Origin: a virus
Strand: one strand, 5' to 3'
Length of the DNA: 64,000 nucleotides
Virus record (IMG/VR): IMGVR_UViG_3300049988_000024
Span: 1-64,000 of that record
Shown: piece after piece, positions 59,722-64,000 of the stretch
How positions within the stretch are numbered: position 1 is the stretch's first letter
How the letters are laid out: every line of letters begins with the position of its first letter
Made by a program: the position numbers and the translations under genes
The notes under the pieces: generated by a model
Told to the model about the DNA's origin: nothing
The model's database searches: none
Seen by the model: the letters and a program-made list of their open reading frames with translations, nothing else

Positions 59722-59749
59722 AGGCCGCTCAGAGCGGCCTTTTTCTTTT
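59722..59749 (+). terminator. rho-independent terminator of the late operon
   Basis: AGGCCGCT-CAG-AGCGGCCT followed by TTTTTCTTTT. Confidence 0.75.
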
Positions 59750-59765
59750 CAAGTGAGTCCCTGAC

Positions 59766-60893
59766 ATGGTAGCATTGACCGATGAACTGGCGCAAGAGGC
59801 TGTTGCGCTTTTGGCTCAGGAAGGAACGGTTACAGCGGTCGCGCGTCGGCTTGGCCTTTCACGTTCAACCGTTCAAAACCGTTTGAATCGTGCCAGTGAA
59901 CGCGGTTTGGATGGTCGTTTGCCTGCTTCATTGCCACAAGGTCAAGTCGTCAAGGGTGAGTCGGTTTTGTATGACGAAGCCGGTAACATTAAAATGCGAT
60001 GGGTTAAGACGAAAGCCGATCAGCCGACACCGGAACACATCGCTGAAATTCTAAAAGAAAGCTTCGAAAATTACCAAGCTCCTTACCTGAATGCAAAGCC
60101 GCAAGGCTATTCTGACACGGACCTTTTGACGGTTATTCCAGTTGCAGACGCACACGTTGGATTATTTAGCTGGGCTGAGGAAACTGGCAACGATTGGGAT
60201 ATCTCAATTGCCCGACGTGTTATCGCACAAACCACGAAGCGCTTGATCGAATCGACGCCAAATGCGGGTCATTGCGTTATTCTTGGCGGAGGTGATGCCA
60301 CACATACCAACAACTTCGAAAACCATACCGCGAAGTCCAAGAACGCGCTGGATGTTGATTCACGGTTTTCCAAGGTTCTTCGCTCGGCTTGTGAACTGTT
60401 TGTTCAAATTACTGACTTGGCTCTTCAGAAGTTTCCGCGTGTCACTGTTCGTATCTTGCCTGGAAATCACGACGAGACGGCTTGCTTTGCGATTGCCTAT
60501 TTCTTGTCGGCTTGGTATCGCAATGAGCCGCGCGTTGAAGTCGATACATCGCCTTCACTTTTCTGGTGGTATCGTTTCGACAACGTGCTTCTGGGCGGCG
60601 TTCATGGGCATACGGCCAAAATGAAGGATATGCCGCAGATTATGGCGGTTCGGCGTGCTGAGGATTGGGGACGGACCCAGCATAGATACATCCACACGTT
60701 CCATATTCACCACATAGAACGGTTTGTAAATGAAGCTGGTGGCGTTATCTGCGAAAGCCATCAGTCGCCTTCGTCGCAAGACGCTTGGCATTTCAACGAA
60801 GGATTCTTGTCAGGGCGGTCCATGCAATCCGTGACTTATCACAGAAAGCACGGTGAAGTTACACGAAATAGGATTGCAATCTACGATGAATGA
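59766..60893 (+). CDS. HTH domain fused to a calcineurin-like metallophosphoesterase
   Basis: N-terminal VTAVARRLGLSRSTVQNRLNRA. Phosphoesterase motifs VADAHVG, GGGDATH, PGNHDE, GGVHGH and FHIHH. Confidence 0.7.
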   Translation: MVALTDELAQEAVALLAQEGTVTAVARRLGLSRSTVQNRLNRASERGLDGRLPASLPQGQVVKGESVLYDEAGNIKMRWVKTKADQPTPEHIAEILKESFENYQAPYLNAKPQGYSDTDLLTVIPVADAHVGLFSWAEETGNDWDISIARRVIAQTTKRLIESTPNAGHCVILGGGDATHTNNFENHTAKSKNALDVDSRFSKVLRSACELFVQITDLALQKFPRVTVRILPGNHDETACFAIAYFLSAWYRNEPRVEVDTSPSLFWWYRFDNVLLGGVHGHTAKMKDMPQIMAVRRAEDWGRTQHRYIHTFHIHHIERFVNEAGGVICESHQSPSSQDAWHFNEGFLSGRSMQSVTYHRKHGEVTRNRIAIYDE

Positions 60894-60917
60894 AAAAGGG
60901 GCCAATTGGCCCCTTTT
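60894..60917. terminator. bidirectional terminator between convergent units
   Basis: AAAAGGGGCC-AATT-GGCCCCTTTT. Confidence 0.75.
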
Positions 60918-61195
60918 TACTTTTCGTATTTGAAAGTCTCGCTTGATTTCCAACTTTCGCTTATTTCCTTCTCGGAAAAGGACCCTGGACCTCTCCTTAA
61001 TGAGAAACCATCCAGAAAACCTTCGCGATAAGCTTCTTCGTTGGAAATCTCCTCTTCGTATCCAAGAATTTTCATCGCCCGTTCAATTCCAATAGGCCCT
61101 TCGCACATATAGCAAAAGCAAGGCGTTCCTTTTGAATTCGAAATATCGCAAGGACACATTTCGGAAAGTATTTCTGCCTCTTGTATATTAACCAT
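60917..61195 (-). CDS. Cys-rich small protein (92 aa)
   Basis: ORF track 60917..61327. ATG at 61195 after GAGGGGGAGAAGGGGA. CPCD...CFCYMCEG. Confidence 0.55.
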   Translation of the reverse strand: MVNIQEAEILSEMCPCDISNSKGTPCFCYMCEGPIGIERAMKILGYEEEISNEEAYREGFLDGFSLRRGPGSFSEKEISESWKSSETFKYEK

Positions 61196-61559
61196 TCCCC
61201 TTCTCCCCCTCGGCGGTTGTGGTGCTTCGGAGGGCGGCGCGGGACGCTGCTGGCATGGCGTCGGCACCGAGCAACCATGCTGCAGCGATCTGTCCTGTAA
61301 GCCCGCCCTGGTTCTCGGCCCGAGCATACAGCCGATCCCGCTCGTCCTCGCGGATGCGCTCCTCCTCCGCTGCCCTATCCCGATCGGCCTCGTGTGGGGC
61401 GGGTCGGGAGGCGAGGCGCGTGTTTGCCCAGCGGATCGCAGCGCGGGCCGTCCGCATCTCTTGCGCAGTCATCTCACCCATGTGCAACCGAAGCTGCTGG
61501 GCTGGCATGTCGGGGTCGAGAGGCTCATCACGGGCCGGGATGTCGTCGCGCGCGGTCAT
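61188..61559 (-). CDS. hypothetical protein (GC-rich island)
   Basis: ORF track. Arg/Ala/Glu-rich. Confidence 0.55.
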   Translation of the reverse strand: MTARDDIPARDEPLDPDMPAQQLRLHMGEMTAQEMRTARAAIRWANTRLASRPAPHEADRDRAAEEERIREDERDRLYARAENQGGLTGQIAAAWLLGADAMPAASRAALRSTTTAEGEKGNG

Positions 61560-61804
61560 GGCTGGCTCCGAGCGGCGAGAATGGCTTGTCGGCCTGCTTC
61601 GGTGATCTGCCAGGCGCCTTGATACTCAACGAACCCCGCTCGCCGTAGATTGGCGAGAAGACGAGACGCTTCCTCCCGCGTCCAATTGTGCCGCCGAGCG
61701 AGATGCAGCGCCGAGCATCGCATGACGCTCATGTCCGCCATGATGCCGTTGTAGGGAGGACCCCAAGGGCCGCGCACGGTCTCGCGAGAAAGGTGGTCAC
61801 CCAT
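61556..61804 (-). CDS. winged-helix DNA-binding protein candidate (GC-rich island)
   Basis: ORF track 61556..61960. ATG at 61804 overlaps the upstream stop. NWTREEASRLLANLRRAGFVEYQGAWQITEAG is wHTH-like. Confidence 0.5.
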   Translation of the reverse strand: MGDHLSRETVRGPWGPPYNGIMADMSVMRCSALHLARRHNWTREEASRLLANLRRAGFVEYQGAWQITEAGRQAILAARSQP

Positions 61805-62630
61805 TGGCCCCACCCTCCGCATCGCTGGCCGGGAGTGCCGGAGCCTTGTGTTGGGTGAGGGAGGCAGGCAGGCGAGCGGCATAGTTCTGCCAGGCGCGAC
61901 CCGCATAATGTCGATCCGTTCCCGACGTGCTATTGCGTCCAGCCATGAACGCGCCTTCAAGTCGAGCCAGTTGCCCTTTCCTTTGTGCCTCTACCGTCTC
62001 CTCTAGGAGAGCGGATCTGGCCCGCTCGTCCTTATAGGCTTTCGACAGGACTTCCTTCTCGACGCCGAGTGCGGCGAAGGCTGCGATGGCATCGACCAGT
62101 TTCTCCTTCGTCTCCTCGTGTGCGGCGCGCTCTGCATCAAGGGCGGCTTCGGCAATGCGCGCTTTGCTTGCCATCATGGAAGGCGTCATGCCTTCCTCTT
62201 TGATGAAGCCGCGAAGGCAAAGGGCGTCGGCTCGATCGTGCTCGCCCGCCACCGCCTCCTGATCCTTTCCACCTGATGGAACGAGACAGGAGCGGATGAA
62301 CGGCAGCAGTGCTTCGGCAAGGGCGCCGGCCCCGAGGTCATGCCGTCCATCAACGCGGCGGATTTCCTGCGCAAGGGCGTCAACGTCCAGCCCCATCACC
62401 CCGGCATCAGATGGGACCGGAAAGGCGAGGGCGGGGGATGCGGCGAGGGCGGAGCGAACGTCAGCCACAACGGGCATGAAGAGCTTCTTCCACCAGCCGC
62501 GCCAGTCGTTGTGCAAACCCCACCGCTCGTGAAGGTCTTCTGGGTCACCAGCGATAGGCTGCTTCGCCAAAACGGCGTCCAGCCTCGCCAAGACAGTCTC
62601 GGTGGGCACGGGGATCGTGGGGGAGGTCAT
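61797..62630 (-). CDS. hypothetical protein, 277 aa (GC-rich island)
   Basis: ORF track. Confidence 0.6.
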   Translation of the reverse strand: MTSPTIPVPTETVLARLDAVLAKQPIAGDPEDLHERWGLHNDWRGWWKKLFMPVVADVRSALAASPALAFPVPSDAGVMGLDVDALAQEIRRVDGRHDLGAGALAEALLPFIRSCLVPSGGKDQEAVAGEHDRADALCLRGFIKEEGMTPSMMASKARIAEAALDAERAAHEETKEKLVDAIAAFAALGVEKEVLSKAYKDERARSALLEETVEAQRKGQLARLEGAFMAGRNSTSGTDRHYAGRAWQNYAARLPASLTQHKAPALPASDAEGGANG

Positions 62631-62905
62631 TCGTCATCTCCTTGGGTTTCCATCAGCGTCTTGTACCACGATCGTTTGGCGTCCGCAAGGTTCTCCGCCT
62701 TGCCGGCTGGCGAAGCGGCAAAAGCCGCATCGATGCGCTGGCGTTCGATCAATGGTGACATTTCTCCATCAAACGCATCCTTCAACGTATTGAAAAACAG
62801 GTAATAAGCAAATTCCTCGTTTGCCCTTGAAACACCGTTCTCAGCCAAAATCTTGCTCAACTGACTAGCAGCATGGGAAATAATCTTACTAGCATCATCC
62901 ATCAT
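62627..62905 (-). CDS. hypothetical protein
   Basis: ORF track. Confidence 0.6.
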   Translation of the reverse strand: MMDDASKIISHAASQLSKILAENGVSRANEEFAYYLFFNTLKDAFDGEMSPLIERQRIDAAFAASPAGKAENLADAKRSWYKTLMETQGDDE

Positions 62906-63078
62906 GGCCGCATCGCCACTTCCTTAGCTCGCGCCACGAGATTCAGAACGTCTTCGTCCATATAAACCTCATCTTCGATGGACTCGATCCATTCCACAAG
63001 CTCGCAAACCATTTGCTCGGATTCTTCACAACGATACATCCAGTAAGAATCGTCGCGCTTCAGGTCGTCATCGTACAT
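62902..63078 (-). CDS. hypothetical small acidic protein (58 aa)
   Basis: Hand-found (MYDDDLKRDDSYWMYRCEESEQMVCELVEWIES...). Overlaps both neighbours. Confidence 0.5.
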   Translation of the reverse strand: MYDDDLKRDDSYWMYRCEESEQMVCELVEWIESIEDEVYMDEDVLNLVARAKEVAMRP

Positions 63079-63440
63079 TAGTAAGTTCCCTTCAGCGCGC
63101 CAATCCGGTCATAAAAGCAGTCGCGAACACGGCGCGTATCCAATGCTACGCCTTCAACGATATTAGTGTTCAGGCAATCCGTCAACGGTTCAATGATATC
63201 CTGGCCCGCATTTATCATGGTTTGAGCGGTTTCGAAAAATTCAACGGTAGCGACTTGCTGTTCCCGAACGCACGCCTCATAAGGCGCGGTCAATTCGCCA
63301 TTGTTTTCAAGATAACAGAATTGCACCGCAAGACGCGCGATTGTTGCAACCGGGTCGGCGTTCATTTCCGGTTGCGTAGGTGATCCGATTGCAGGGTTAG
63401 CCGCAATCAGTGACAGAGCAATAAAGGCCGACGCGATCAT
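63078..63440 (-). CDS. secreted protein (120 aa)
   Basis: ORF track 63078..63494, ATG at 63440. Signal-like MIASAFIALSLIAANPAIG. Four Cys residues. Confidence 0.55.
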   Translation of the reverse strand: MIASAFIALSLIAANPAIGSPTQPEMNADPVATIARLAVQFCYLENNGELTAPYEACVREQQVATVEFFETAQTMINAGQDIIEPLTDCLNTNIVEGVALDTRRVRDCFYDRIGALKGTY

Positions 63441-63664
63441 GTGTCTAGCTCCCTGACTTCTTCCGCCAGATACGGCCACGTTTCGCCCGCGCACGGGTCG
63501 GCATCGAACTCGATGTCATAAACGATTTCGCCGTGGTCGTTCGGGAAACTGGCGCGAACCGTTCCCTCCTCAGCGGCTAGCGGAAACCAATCGAACTGAG
63601 GCATTTTGTCGGCATCCAGAAAATCGTGGATGACATAGACGCGCGTTCCGTTGGGGTAGGTCAT
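63437..63664 (-). CDS. hypothetical protein
   Basis: ORF track. Confidence 0.6.
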   Translation of the reverse strand: MTYPNGTRVYVIHDFLDADKMPQFDWFPLAAEEGTVRASFPNDHGEIVYDIEFDADPCAGETWPYLAEEVRELDT

Positions 63665-64000
63665 TGGGCGTTCTCCTGTTCTTCGTTGTAGGCAAATTCG
63701 CCATAATGCAAAATAGCAGATTTTCGATAAGCGTCAACCGCATCTTCAATCTTATCAAACGAACCTATGTGCAATCGTTTACCCTCTACTCCAATCTGAG
63801 CGACCCATTTTTGTGCTGCCTTATGCCATCGAACGCCCTTATATCCGCACTTATTATCCTTATGCCTTCTGCCATTCCTTCCGTTTTGTTGTCTAGTTGC
63901 CTCTCTTAAATTTTCGAATCTATTGTCAGTTCTGTTACCATTTTTATGATCAATTAGCTCTTTTGGCCAATTAGAGGTCATATAAAACCAAGCCAAACGA
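63661..64000 (-). CDS. HNH (HNH_3) + AP2-domain homing endonuclease, C-terminal part (gene runs off the right edge)
   Basis: LIDHKNGNRTDNRFENLREAT (HNH) followed by GYKGVRWHKAAQKWVAQIGVEGKRLHIGSFDKIEDAVDAYRKSA (AP2). The frame is open to position 64000. Confidence 0.75.
   Translation of the reverse strand, partial: RLAWFYMTSNWPKELIDHKNGNRTDNRFENLREATRQQNGRNGRRHKDNKCGYKGVRWHKAAQKWVAQIGVEGKRLHIGSFDKIEDAVDAYRKSAILHYGEFAYNEEQENAQ

Overview
The window reads as most of a tailed dsDNA phage or prophage genome with a long non-contractile tail. No database searches were possible, so all family calls rest on motifs read by eye and on gene order.

Gene layout:
- 0.9-23.9 kb, plus strand: replication and nucleotide metabolism. 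It holds an SSB-like protein, a DnaQ-like exonuclease, a DnaE-type polymerase, a ThyX-like enzyme, a class II-like RNR, glutaredoxin, dCTP and dCMP deaminases, a Toprim/SF3 primase-helicase and two HNH endonucleases.
- 24-43.6 kb: packaging and head genes. These are a VRR-NUC nuclease, an HNH, tRNA-Pro, TerS, TerL, portal, MuF-like protein, protease, scaffold, decoration protein and capsid.
- 43.8-59.7 kb: neck, tail, tape measure, fibres and lysis.
- 59.8-64 kb and 1-0.55 kb: an HTH-metallophosphoesterase followed by a leftward accessory operon.

Main unexplained signals:
1. A 229-bp composite element occurs three times (607-835, 23869-24097, and inverted at 43592-43820). Each copy has six GCTATAC boxes at identical offsets around an AT-rich core.
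2. A perfect consensus promoter drives about 550 nt of hairpin-rich non-coding sequence that ends at the tRNA.
3. TerS, TerL and portal are pulled apart by two opposite-strand cassettes of small genes. In one cassette each gene's TGA stop sits inside the -35 box of the next promoter.
4. An esterase/fibre module and AT-rich antisense morons are inserted in the head module.
5. A GC-rich three-gene island lies in the leftward operon.
6. The ThyX homologue has KSK in place of the RHR signature.
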